A stretch of DNA of 57,909 nt from Octopus bimaculoides. Lineage: Eukaryota. Of this stretch, positions 25,675 through 38,221 are shown one piece after another. The notes beneath the pieces were generated by a model that saw nothing but the letters and a program-made list of their open reading frames with translations, was not told where the DNA came from and searched no databases. Every line of letters starts with the position of its first letter. Within the stretch, counting starts at the first letter, position 1. Location: assembly GCF_001194135.2 (NCBI RefSeq), contig NC_069005.1:76850-134758 (forward strand), read 5' to 3'. Both the position numbers and the translations under genes were made by a program.

Positions 25675-27107
25675 CTAAACGTTTATAGGAAAGGTGTTGT
25701 TTGTATGACGACAATAGTTTGATATCAATTCAGATTTCTGCTTTCACCGTTGGCTGTGATAATCTGCAGTGGAATGATTTCTTTTATGATGTATTTCAAG
25801 ATGGCAGCTCTCTATACGGAATCGATTATTTTTTATTTAGTTTGGCTTAAACCTATATCCAAATTAAATTCGGGGTTACTATATAATGGTCCAAATGTAC
25901 TTGCATAGCAAGTGACCTGATCTGAGATCGTGTGCTGGAACGAAAACAATTGCAGCGTGGAAGGTGTTTATAAGCCATTTAAAATAACACACAAAAACTG
26001 TGTCAAAATATTTTCGTCGCTTTGAGACCGCGACCTCTTCACTGACAAAATTCTGTGCTGCATCTGAGAAAGTAACAGTTAGTTCATGATATATATGTAC
26101 GTGTGTATGTGTGTATGTATGTATACATGCATGTGTGTACATGTGTGCGCGTATGCATCTGTGTACATGTGTATGCATGTGTGCATGCCTATACGCATGT
26201 ATGTATGTATACGTATGTATGTATGTATGTATGTATGTATACGTATGTATGTATACGTATGTATGTATACGTNNNNNNNNNNNNNNNNNNNNNNNNNNNN
26301 NNNNNNNNNNNNNNNNNNNNNNNNNNNNNNNNNNNNNNNNNNNNNNNNNNNNNNNNNNNNNNNNNNNNNNNNNNNNNNNNNNNNNNNNNNNNNNNNNNNN
26401 NNNNNNNNNNNNNNNNNNNNNNNNNNNNNNNNNNNNNNNNNNNNNNNNNNNNNNNNNNNNNNNNNNNNNNNNNNNNNNNNNNNNNNNNNNNNNNNNNNNN
26501 NNNNNNNNNNNNNNNNNNNNNNNNNNNNNNNNNNNNNNNNNNNNNNNNNNNNNNNNNNNNNNNNNNNNNNNNNNNNNNNNNNNNNNNNNNNNNNNNNNNN
26601 NNNNNNNNNNNNNNNNNNNNNNNNNNNNNNNNNNNNNNNNNNNNNNNNNNNNNNNNNNNNNNNNNNNNNNNNNNNNNNNNNNNNNNNNNNNNNNNNNNNN
26701 NNNNNNNNNNNNNNNNNNNNNNNNNNNNNNNNNNNNNNNNNNNNNNNNNNNNNNNNNNNNNNNNNNNNNNNNNNNNNTGTGTGTGTGTGTGTGTGTACTC
26801 CTCAGCTGCATAATGGAAGTTAATTTCATATATATATATATATATATATTCACACACGCACATACACACTTTCAATACTACACATTTTCACTAGCTTCCG
26901 CCTATTCTTGAACTGACATACAAATAAACGCACAGATACACACACACACACATAGTAAGTATTCCAGTAAAGACATTTATATGATATGACGTTCACATCA
27001 ACACGTCCAAAGGAAGCCAAAGTTAATTTATCAAAACTACTGACCAGAAATCACATTGTTTAACGGAGCCAAATTAAATATTGCTTTTCTTTGTCAGCCA
27101 AGCGATA

Positions 27108-27156
<49 letters not shown>

Positions 27157-27675
27157 CTCTCATTCCCCCTCTCTCTATCTCTCTCACTCCCACGCATACA
27201 CACACATAAACACACGCATACACACACATATATACACACATGCATACATGCACGCACGCACACATCAATGCCCACAATCATAATTCGCATAAAGATGGAG
27301 ATTCGTGTAATTCACTGAATTAACAGTTTATCAAATGAAGTCACGTCTAACGGACGTCTGTGTGAACATTTGTATGTTTCTATGTGTGTTTGCGTGTGTG
27401 AATGGTTATGTTGTGTATGTGTATGCATTTATTTGTTTGTGAACGGTTGAGTATATGTGCATGTCCTTGTGCAACGCTATGATTCTTTCTGCATCTGTGT
27501 GTTTGAGTGTCCACGAGATTTTAAGACTGTATGAGACTATGTCGTTGAACAACTGATTTGTACATATATATAGTTAAACAGATAGATCGATAGATACATA
27601 CACAGATAGGTACACACACACAAACATATACATATATATATGTGTGTGTGTTCATACTTATGTACAGATATATAT

Positions 27676-27785
<110 letters not shown>

Positions 27786-27789
27786 ATGT

Positions 27790-28480
27790 GTGTATGCAAG
27801 GTGCATTCCAGAAGTTTTGAAGCTTTTTCAGCAGAGACATTTATCAATTTCAGAGGAGTACAACTCTGATCCAAAATAGGATCCTCTCACTTCAATGCAC
27901 TTTTTGTTATAGAACTCCAGCCACTTCGTGAAAGACCTGTCGCATGCTTCGAAAAGGAAAGAGCCCAGGAACCTTGTCACGGCCTCTTCCATCGCCATCA
28001 GCTTGGGGTACAAGAAAACGTCGTGCAATGGTGCACTTGTCTTTTGCGATGAAAATCTCTCCCTGAACTCCTTCAAATCCTCCACAAAGTAGGCTTTGCT
28101 GACCGTTAGGCCAGAAGGAACGAAGCGGAGACAGCTGATGCCCTTGCTGTCGAAAAGGGAATCCTAATGAGCTGACCAGTGGAATTGCTTTGCCTGGCTT
28201 TTTGTGCCAGTGAGAAACAAACGCTCGGCTTATACCAGTTAAATACTTAAGCAGTGTGGAGCATTTCAACTTGTGGCAATTTTGTCCAGTTTAATACAGA
28301 ACTTTATTGTATAGCAAGCTTCTAAATTGCCTTCGCGTCTCGACTGCATTCTGTAAACTAGGTAACTGTGACAAGCAGTGTTTAACAGTGTTAAAAGTGC
28401 CGTTACGACCGTCTCCTTCAATCTAGGATAAGTTCGCAGGTCAGCTTATTAAATGTACAGTAACGATATACTAAAATTGG
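27790..28480 (-). mobile_element. Internally deleted mariner element
   Basis: ATG at 28349 gives MQSRREGNLEACYTIKFCIKLDKIAT (N-terminal HTH). It then jumps to FDSKGISCLRFVPSGLTVSKAYFVEDLKEFRERF and DVFLYPKL..EEAVTRFL..KKCIEVRGSYF (mariner C-terminus). Confidence 0.9.
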
Positions 28481-28544
28481 TTTATACTAAAGTGTTTGTT
28501 TATACTTCTTCAATCTTCTTTATTTCACTGTTAAATCAAAGATG

Positions 28545-29400
28545 ATCAAAATATCACCCAAGTGGCCAGGGTGTACAACTTGACATTGATTTCAAAACGT
28601 TCTTACTGGACAGAAGAGCCTTCAAGTTACAGACGGTTGAGGCTGACCAACTGCGATTGAAAACGATCATTAGAGTATCATTACTGATGCAGAACCACAA
28701 AAAAAAAAACGACTCCAGGGGTTGAAAAGTTAAAACAGCTAGACCGATACTGCACCGCTTAAGCTGAACGCAAACCAAAACTAGGATGATATTATACCTG
28801 CTCTGAGCTTCTTTTCTACAAGGAAGGTGATACAATTTTTTGATCAAATAATGGCAAATGATGAAAAGTAGATTTTATACAACTGACGATGTCCACCGCT
28901 GCAACTAGATCGAGGTAAATCATCAGTTTCTCAAACCGAAACTACATCAGAAGGTTAGAGTAACAGTTTTGTGTCGACAGTGGAAGTTATCTACCAATAT
29001 GACTTGAAGTTTAGTGAAAATATTACAGCAGAGTGATATGAAATGGAAATCACTGCAAAGAGATGCAGAATTCCATTGGTCAATTAGTCGTTGAAAAAAA
29101 TCAGTACTTTTCTATGGCAACGGTAGTCAACTGGTGACTTTGCAGAAATTGAAACATCTGCGCTACGAAACTCTACTGCACCCAACATATTCCGAGTTCG
29201 ATCGACAACCACTCTCTTATCCCAGAATCTTATAAACTTCTGCAAAAATCTATCAACAGGCTATCAGTAGCTCACAAGAATTCATCGGATTCAGAACTCC
29301 AAAAATATATGTTGTCAAAATAAATATATTTATTTCTTGTCAGGAAGTCTATAAAGATTCGAACGGTATCAGTTAAACCAATAAATTGTAGGCTGAGATA
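28545..29400 (+). mobile_element. Mariner (Hsmar1/cecropia-like) transposase pseudogene
   Basis: Degenerate motifs in order: DQLKTII, KVKQLD (WVPHEL region), KPKLHQKV, ENITAE, LRYETLLHPTYS (YSPDL), QEFIGFRTP, QEVYKDSNGI. Confidence 0.88.
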
Positions 29401-30149
29401 TATTGCTTTAAAAGTTGATGGTTACAAACAGCCATTCATATTGCACCAATCTTATAACAAAGGGAAGAAAAATTAATAATAATTTTAATAACGAGAACCT
29501 AATTACTCATTTTTAACGCGTCACCCTATGTTGACATTCTAATATCTTGAAAGTAAACAGACCAAGACAAAAGATAAACAAAATCGAAACGATTATTATT
29601 GTCCTCAGCGTAACCGGCGATGTTGTTATTACTTTGATATGAGATCTATTGTTGTTGATGTTGTTGTTGACGCTTTTTGGTGTTATTATTGTTTTTATAC
29701 GAGATTCATTGCTGCTGCTGTTCTTCTTCTTCTTCTTATTATTATTATTGATATCAGTGCTGATGTTTGTTAACGTTCTTCCTCTTGCCATTGTTGTTCG
29801 TTTGTTCCTGATCTCTTATATTTGTTTCTCTTCATATTGACTGTGTCTCTATTAATAATTTAGTTTTAATATTCAGATATTTAACAGTCGTTTCTCTCAA
29901 CGTTTACCTTGACAATATTTTCTTATTTTCCCTTTCTTTGAGTTCCTTTTTTTTTCTTTACTTCTTTTTCTCTTTCTTTTCACTAGACTCTCATCATTTC
30001 GCCATTTTTATTGAAAACGATAAAGAATAATGTTACTCTTTAGCAAATATTATATCATATATGAAACTTTCCCTGGTAATTGTTCAGTCGATCAGCCACA
30101 GAGGTTCATGATTTCTTCATACAGAAGTCTAGACAGAAACGTAATAGTT

Positions 30150-30188
30150 TTCCAAGCAGCCGATCCGGGTTCGACTCCGGCCAACGCA
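30150..30188 (+). pseudogene. 3' half of tRNA-Gly(TCC)
   Basis: TTCCAAGCAGCCGATCCGGGTTCGACTCCGGCCAACGCA closely matches eukaryotic tRNA-Gly-TCC from the anticodon loop to the discriminator. The 5' half is absent. Confidence 0.75.
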
Positions 30189-30204
30189 TCAATTCATTTC
30201 TTAT

Positions 30205-30305
30205 TAATAGGGCACAGGCATGGCTCGCTTAACAATTACGTGGTTTCGGGTTCAGTCCTACTGCACGGCATCCTGGGCAATTGTCTTCTACTAAATCCTC
30301 AGTTC
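30205..30305 (+). mobile_element. SINE family B, 5' portion
   Basis: gtggtttcgggttcagtcctactgcacggcatcctgggcaattgtcttctacta matches the reverse complement of 48060-48150. Confidence 0.8.
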
Positions 30306-30659
30306 GACTAATGTCGCTGAAACTCGTTGAAACTCACATTCCTGCTGCTGGTTCCTCGTTAAACACTACCATTATTCGGCATCAATAGTTCTGATTCTCA
30401 ACTATCCAAGCATACAATTTTAATGTCATTTTACACATATCTGACACGTAATGGCTTTCGATAATTCCATTAGGAAGTCATCCAAACTTTCCCAGTCTTT
30501 AATCTATTGAAAGGAAGAAAACAATGATTTCCACAATCTGATAGACATTCATCTGTTAGTCAATCAATCAATCAATTAATCGATCAATCTCTCTGTCTAT
30601 TTGTTTGTTTGTCTGACTACCTCTCTCTCACTTTTTCTTTCAATCTCTCTCTCCATCTC

Positions 30660-30661
<2 letters not shown>

Positions 30662-30728
<67 letters not shown>
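30662..30728. repeat. (TG)n microsatellite
   Basis: Direct tandem repeat. Confidence 0.95.
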
Positions 30729-30732
<4 letters not shown>

Positions 30733-31774
30733 AATAATCAAGATTCATTTGAATAAGGTATTTGATGCATCAAGCCCCAGTCCGATATCATCCACAAGGT
30801 TCAAAGTAAGGTGAATAAAAAATCAAAGAACTTCGTTAGGAATACGTCGACCTATCCTTATGTTTTATTTACCTATCATTGGTTTATCATTTTTATTTTT
30901 TGGTTTTAATTTGACGAATTGTGCAACAAAATCGTTCATATTTGGTTGATTAAAAAATTTAATGGCAAGTATTTATTGACCTTCTTCTTTCCTTTAAAAA
31001 TCGGCACGAACTTTACGGACAACCCAATATATTTGAAACAGTCCAATACAGAGAAATAAGTAAATAACATATGATGGATGATGTAATAGAAGCAATGCAA
31101 TCCAGAACAAACAATATAAGAAATAAGAAATTACATATTTGCTTAATTCCGTCACAATAAAAGAGTGCTGGTCCCATAAGCGCAGAGGTCTGTCTATCAA
31201 AAGCACAATTTACGAAGAAACGGAAACTATTTATTACATGGTAAACTGAGTTGTCTACAAATATAGCTACCCTATAATTGGATATATATAGTTACAGGGG
31301 TGTGTACAAATTATATTATGCAATAGAAATCTTTACAATGTCAAGAGTAACCAACTGATTAAAGAATACCAAAATCAAAGTAACGGGTGGGCAGAGACGA
31401 CCGCCGCACTAGGACTCAGTATAAAATAATATTACACATGGAGCAACCGCCACTCGATTATTTCATTCTGCTGATGTTGATCTACATATGCCTCCAACAG
31501 ATGAGATACTTGGACATATAAGAATGTGTTTATCGGTATGGCTAATTTGCATAATTTAAACGACAATGAATTAAGAAATCGCGTCAGAATGCCAGAAGCA
31601 TGAATATAGATTTAAAAAAATGAACAACGATTTCTCAAATATCATCCAAGAATAATTCTTGATTTATTGAAATTCTTTTTCTGTGTTCATGCCACCGGCA
31701 ATTCTTATTTGTTTTAGTTTTTTCCTTTACTTTCTTAAAAATTGTAAATACATATATACACACACATACACACA

Positions 31775-31818
<44 letters not shown>

Positions 31819-32534
31819 TATAAACTGTAGAAATGCATACGTACTACACACACACACACATATACTCATCATCTGCTATATATACGAGAACAACAAATGC
31901 CAGCATTCGTTCTTGACTTGCTGTAATCTTCTAATACAAGCGAAATAGTTTCGTTTCAACTTGATAATTCAAAATGTTGAGAAATAGATATTGAGTCGAA
32001 TCGCTTTGGAACTACTGAACAGAATTTCATTCATTCTTCAGCTCTTTATTTTTCAGGGAGTAGAATTTTGTTACAATTTCATAATTTAAAATGTTGACCT
32101 AAATGCATTTTACAGCTCATTATAATGTGATATCAACGAAATTAAATGAGGCTAGCTACAAATCGAAGTTTGAAAAGCCACAGTGAATTGAATTCCACGT
32201 TTTAGTTCTTGTATTCTGTCAATTAGTGAAGGTTTGTTTAGCATTGTTCCAACCTCTTAAACATTATTTCCGCTAATGTAAAAGAAAAACAAACATACAC
32301 AACATTTCATACATAGCAATGTAATATGAATTAAAGATGAATTTAGTCAGTAATATTTTCTCTTATCAAAATATTGTGCAACTCGTTATGCTATACACGG
32401 AGTAAATTAGTACACTTCATTGAAATATAGGGTGAGAGATAAAACAGAAATATGCGAAAGATTGTTTATACTATGTCGAAATAAATAAAACTTAACAAAA
32501 CAAAATACAGATTAGTTTTTCATTTGACGAGTCC

Positions 32535-33030
32535 AGTATCCCAAGAAGGCGATCCTCTATATCATGTGGGATTAGAGAGGCATTGTATATTATGAAACCT
32601 TTCCGCGAAATTAAATGTTGAACTCAGAGCATTAGTGTTCATAATCAAACCGATTAAGAGAGGCGATCGGTGGAGAAGTTGTGACAGAAGGTGAACAAAA
32701 TAAAATACAAACAAAACGGCAGGTGAACAGATTTCCTTATCATGTCCGTAATCTTCGCTTAATTTAGAGTATAAGAACTGAGAAACAGAATTTAAATGCT
32801 TCTGACACTGATTTATCTCCAGTAAATTTAAATGTATTCGAAAACAAAGTGAAAAACCATTTTCAAAGATTTTCATATCAGTATTTCATCAGGATATGAC
32901 ACAATGTAATGTTATACATTCAAACTTGTGTCTGTTATAAAAGGTTGCATGAAAACTTTGAGAGAAGGTTTCAAACTATTTCAGACAATTACGAAATGTA
33001 GGGAGAAGATAGAGTCAATAAAATTGATAA
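32535..33030 (+). mobile_element. Mariner transposase catalytic-domain remnant
   Basis: PKKAILYIMWD*RGIVYYETFPRN*MLNSEH*CS*SNRLREAI matches PKKxMLCxWWDxKGxxYYELL..TINSxxYCxQLxRLxEAI. Confidence 0.75.
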
Positions 33031-33499
33031 TCTATTGCTAAAACTGAATGACATTACTTTCATGTTTTTCATAAACTGATTTCACATCATTCTGTCGTCA
33101 CACGATGAGAAATTATTTGATATTCAACAACGTAAGAAATTCAACTTGAAACATAAGCAGGATAAGATAAGTGCTTTTATTCAATATGTTGAAATCCATT
33201 GTAATGGTGAACATTATATAAACATTGTATCAGAGGCCATGGTAGACATAAAACGAATTGCTGTTTAAGTGCTTCTTTCTCCATAGAAATAGAGAAATGT
33301 AGATAAATCCTAAAGTGAACAGTGAAACAGCGATTTACTGACAATGGAGAATGTTTATATTTTCAATAATGCGATGGAAAGAAATTTGAGAGTATTTGTC
33401 TATAGTCTGCTTGTGCAACATACCGACGATTTACTGCACAAATAGCTAATAAGTTTGATTTTTAAAAAAACCTTGGCAAATGAGACCAGGCATACGTTT

Positions 33500-33960
33500 A
33501 ATAAGAATGACCTTCAAGCTAACAATACAAGGAACACCATTTAACGCTCATTTCACAAGTCGTATTTATTGACTGCTATGCTTGAAACTGTAAAACCAAT
33601 TGGATCTTTCATGACCATTCTTGAAACGCTGGTTGCAATCTTACATTTGAATATAATTCTATTATTCTTAAGATATACAATGGCTCAAGAACGATTGTGT
33701 GGAACTGACCCACAGGCATTCGCCAGATCTAGCAACACGGCAATGAGGTCGTGCCTCTCTGCTCTAGCATTCTGTCTTGCTTGCCAAATCATCGAAACGT
33801 ACTCTAGGCATCCAGATAGTCTGCACGCCTCCTTCTATTGGCTAAAAGAATTACTGCTTAGAATTAAACAGCAGGTGACTAGATGCATAGTCACAAAGTC
33901 AGATAAACTTTCGTTAGAGACCTTCTGAGAAATATTCTAGTGTTATTTTTCGTCTCGGCA
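33500..33960 (-). mobile_element. R2/Hero/NeSL-like non-LTR reverse transcriptase fragment
   Basis: SGCLEYVSMIWQARQNARAERHDLIAVLLDLANACGSVPH matches the SGCLEH...WLDLANAYGSVPH RT motif of restriction-like-endonuclease LINEs. Confidence 0.85.
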
Positions 33961-34124
33961 TAACTCCATAACACCGACTAATAGAGTAACTTTAGATTCC
34001 TTCTCCGAACTTAATGATTTAAGTGTCATGTTCAGATGAATTACGCTTGTACTGCTCACACCCATACGTAATTATTGTCTACATATATGTATATATGTAT
34101 GAATATGTGTTTGTATGTATATGG

Positions 34125-34166
<42 letters not shown>

Positions 34167-35084
34167 ATATACATACATACATACGAAAGCTCTTCAGAAA
34201 TCCAATCATACAATCTCACATGGGCTGGCCGTGAGCGTGCATAACTAAGTCTCCATTAAAATAACAATATTGTTGTGCATTGCACCATAATCTGGTTCAT
34301 TGATACATCATTGTTAATACAGATATAATTGGTGGACTTGTTGCGATTCGGAATTGCCGTTTTATTTGTTTTTGTTTTGTTTTGTGTTTTTTTTTCTTTG
34401 TTTGCTGTTTTTACTTTGCTGTAGGTGAATGTGTCTGCCTTGTGTTACTTTTCTACTAATCCTACTTCGTAGTGGCCAATAGAATTAATTCTGATACTAA
34501 TAATAATCATAATAACAATAATGATAATAATATTAGTGATAATAATTAATGATAATCACAAAGATAACAACAGTAATAGTTGTAAAAAGAAATAAATAAT
34601 AGTTATTATTATCATCATTATTATTATTTTACATAAGGAATAATAACAAAAAAACGATAATATTAATGATGATGATAAAAATAATGGAAAAATTATTAAA
34701 AATGAAAATGAGTGACATTTCTTAAGCACAAAATAGAAAAGAGTAATCCAAAAAAATCTGTCAAAAAGAACAAAAATGAAAAAAGCTAACATGATGAAGA
34801 TTAGGAAAGTGATGACAAGAACAACAACCAATCTAGATTGAGAGGAAAATGTAAATTTCATATTTGTTCTGGTACGAAAAACTATTGATTATTTTATTTT
34901 GTCGCTCCGAGAAATTATAAATATACATATACTGTATGGCCTATGCCTACCGAGTAAAATTGTCACTGATGTGTTCAGGATTAAGTTGGAAAGAAAGGAA
35001 ATATTTACAGACAACGATGAAGGATTTTTCGTAACATCTTCAAGACATTAACCACTCTAGGATGATAACTACTATCATGTTTTA

Positions 35085-35340
35085 TCTTTTACTTGTTTCA
35101 TACATTGGATCCTGACCATGTTGGGGAAGGAACCTTCAAGTGTTTTGTCGAACAAATCACTCGCAGCACTTATGTTTTTTTCTTAAGATTTGTACTAATT
35201 CTATCGATTTCTTTTACCGAACTGCTTGGTTACAAAGACGTAATCAAACGAACAACAATTGTCAGGCGGTGGGGGATGACAGACATAGACACAAACACAG
35301 ACACACATACACTCATGTATATGCACAATGGGCTTCCACC
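35085..35340 (-). mobile_element. SINE family B 3' portion, reverse orientation
   Basis: tttacttgtttc...gtcgaacaaatc...tctatcgatttcttttaccgaactgct...gttgtcaggcggtggggg, collinear with 38080-38221 and 47905 onward. Confidence 0.7.
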
Positions 35341-35468
35341 CAGTTTCCCTCGACCAAATTCGCATATATAATATCGGTTGGCCTTTTACTTTTTGTCTGA
35401 TGGCCTCCATCTGTGGACAAGATTTATAGGGTTAACATCCAAACGAAATTACTATATCTGTCTATCTG

Positions 35469-35509
<41 letters not shown>

Positions 35510-35850
35510 ATATAATTTCCTATTCTGTTTTTGATTAGACTGGTCGGGTATTTTCTTTCTAGTAATGTGTTTTTTAAGTTCTTAGAGTTGCTTTCTCGGG
35601 TTTCTGGGTTTGATACAATCGCGCAAATTCTTCTTGCTATGTTGAACGGTATATCTATTGTAGTATGTTTTGGGTGGCAGTAGGAGAATAGACGATATTG
35701 TTTTGAGTCCGCTGATTTGAAGATGTCGGTCTCAATTTCAGTATCTCTTTTTATGATTAAGATGTCCAGGATGGGTAGTTTTTATTGTATTCCATTGTGA
35801 ATTGGATACTATGGTTAATGAAGTTGATTAAATTTTTATACCATTGATAA
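35510..35850 (-). mobile_element. Penelope-like reverse transcriptase (thumb region) fragment
   Basis: SIQFTME..LPILDILIIKRDTEIETDIF..DSKQYRLFSYCHPKHTTIDIPFNIARRICAIVS..RKYP matches the Penelope LPFLD...HPxHxKxxIPF..ARRI..YP pattern. Confidence 0.9.
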
Positions 35851-36611
35851 ACAAGAAATATTATTGAAACTAGTTTGCTATGTATGTAAATGAATCTAGT
35901 AAACAAAATTAACAAAAGAAGAATATTTATCAGCATAATGTTTACTCCTTCTCATTCTTGTGCAAATGGCTGCTCCCTCTGTCGTGCGCTAAGTATTATG
36001 GGAATAACATAAATAAACTACTGTGAAAAATAACATTAGAGAGGATGAATTCAAGAGGAGATAATAACAAGATCTCGCTGTAACTGGATTTTTTTTTAGT
36101 GCTTAAGATTTAGAGGTTTATGTTATATTAAATGTGGCCTGTCTATTCTTTTTAAGATATTATCCTTTAAATATATTCTTGGTCCTTGGTATATCCATAT
36201 CTTATACTATTATCTAATACTATTATGTAATTCTACATTTAACTATCTTCCTCATAATTGTTTAAGAGATCACATACTGGGGGGATGGTTATAATTTTAT
36301 ATATTTTTCATTTCATTGTGTCTCGAAGCAATCTTCTGTCTCTGAGCACATGGGTTGTTCTGTTTGAAAAATAGGACACGAGAAAGCACGAGAAGGTGGA
36401 TACAAAATGTGGAATGAGAAGACGGGGTGAATATAGAAAGAGAAAGGATAAAGTTACGTTTGGGCTTAGAAATCATAATTAAATTAACTTGCTGGTGTAG
36501 AAACTGTACAATGCTCAAAGTGGAGGGCATCGCCAACTCTGGAATGAGCAGTTCTCTCACAAACCAGTCAGTTGTGTTCAAAAATGTTGGATTAATTATG
36601 ATGGGTGATCG

Positions 36612-36920
36612 GTTATGACGACGAGGCTTCCAGCTAACCCAACCAACGGAACAGCCTGCTTGTGAAATTAACATGCAAATGACTGAGCACTCCACAAACA
36701 CGCATACCCTTAATGTAATTCTCAAGGAGACTCAGCGTGAAACACACTGTGACAAGGTCGCCCTTTGAAATACAGGTACAACTCATTTTTGCCAGCTGAG
36801 TGAACTGGAGTAATGTTAAAATAAAGCGTCTTGTTCAAGGACACAACGACGTGCCACCAGGTATTGAACTCACGACCTTACGATCGTGAGCCGAATACCC
36901 TAACCACACAGCCATGCACC
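36612..36920 (-). mobile_element. Near full-length tRNA-derived SINE family C (MetaSINE-like core)
   Basis: Reverse complement has the head ggctgtgtggttagggtattcggctcacgatcgtaaggtcgtgagttcaatacc (A and B boxes), followed by gttgtgtccttgaacaagacgctttattt. Confidence 0.88.
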
Positions 36921-37687
36921 TTTCTCTACAAACACACACACACATATTGTGTTATATATTTATATAAAAATGGTAACGGTGACGGTGAGAGCCGGGTTAT
37001 CTCTGTTGCAAAGAATATCAATGCTGTGTTTGAAATCCTACAATTCAGCCGAATTACCATAGTTTCCTTTTTAAGAGTCATAAACCGAATTATGCTTCCC
37101 AAGCAACGTCAGTTATCCTGTTAGAAGTTCATAATTTCTAGTTCATTACCCATTTCATTCTTTTCATATGATGTTTACAAATACTTATTAATGGGTGGTC
37201 AGAGATATAGATCTCATGCCGTGATAACCAAAAGAAAAATAATAAAAGCAGAAAACAAAGAAAACTTTTAACATTCGAACCTGTTCGATGACTATTAGAG
37301 CTCGAAGAGATTGGAATTGCGTGCTGCAAAAACAACACTGGTTTTCATATCGCCATTACCATATATAATGATTGGAGATATGAACAGAAACGTGGAGACA
37401 GGGAGGACATGAAGAGAATCACAGATACAAAAAGTGAGCTGATCCGAGATATGATTAATGTATTGTATTGCACAGAAAGAAGAAAAAAATCCACCAGCTG
37501 ACTTTCTTCTTTCTATAAACATGATAACAATACTGGGTTAATGAATATGAAATATAAAAGGATGAAAGACAGGACGCCTCCAACTTTAGAATGTCGGCTG
37601 ATTTTATAGGAAACTGTGCGTCGTGTTCAATAAACTTTGAACGTGAGTGTTGTTAGCTGTGAAACATGAAACATGGCCAGTACTTAC

Positions 37688-37737
37688 CGTTAAACACGCA
37701 TCAAATATCAAAGTTCACACCTTCACAATCCGAACAC
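37688..37737 (-). other. Candidate non-coding exon (50 nt)
   Basis: Acceptor ctttctttctttcatatcttag| and donor |gtaagtac. Stops in all three frames. Confidence 0.35.
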
Positions 37738-38079
37738 CTAAGATATGAAAGAAAGAAAGCGTTATAGAGGTAATTAATAATGGTAAAGTTAAGTTAATTA
37801 AACATCATTGGTAGGGTGAGTGCTGTTCACTTATTAGACTTGTGTAAATAAGAATTCCAAGCAAACCAAATAAAATGCAACCTAATTCGATTTGTAATAA
37901 GTGTTATCAGGAAAAGGTCAACCGAAGAAGTGAATAATGCATCCTCAGAAGCCAGCACACAATGTGCGCGTGTGTGTGTGTGTATTTGCATGTGTGCGTA
38001 TATGTTTACACACACACACATATAATATTTTTATACCTATACATATATACATTCTTTTATTCTTTCATTCTTTTATTTG

Positions 38080-38221
38080 TTTCAGTTATTTTGTCTGCGG
38101 CCCTGCTAGAGCACCACCTTTAGTCAAACAAATCGACCCCAGGACTTATTCTTTGTAAGCCTAGTACTTTTTTTTTATCCGTCTCTTTTGCCGAACTGCT
38201 AAGTTACTGGGACATATATAC
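38080..38221 (-). mobile_element. SINE family B 3' end, reverse orientation, running into a gap
   Basis: gagcaccacctttagtcaaacaaatcgaccccaggacttattctttgtaagcctagtact...cttttgccgaactgctaagttac. Confidence 0.85.

Noticed and set aside
31545-31552. Octamer motif ATTTGCAT
   Set aside because: A single 8-mer is expected by chance in AT-rich DNA.
36297-36725. 142-aa minus-strand ORF
   Set aside because: Its start lies inside a SINE and the remainder is low-complexity with no motif.
36860-36920. tRNA gene-like A and B boxes (also 1444, 50500 and 55440)
   Set aside because: SINE heads; no complete cloverleaf.
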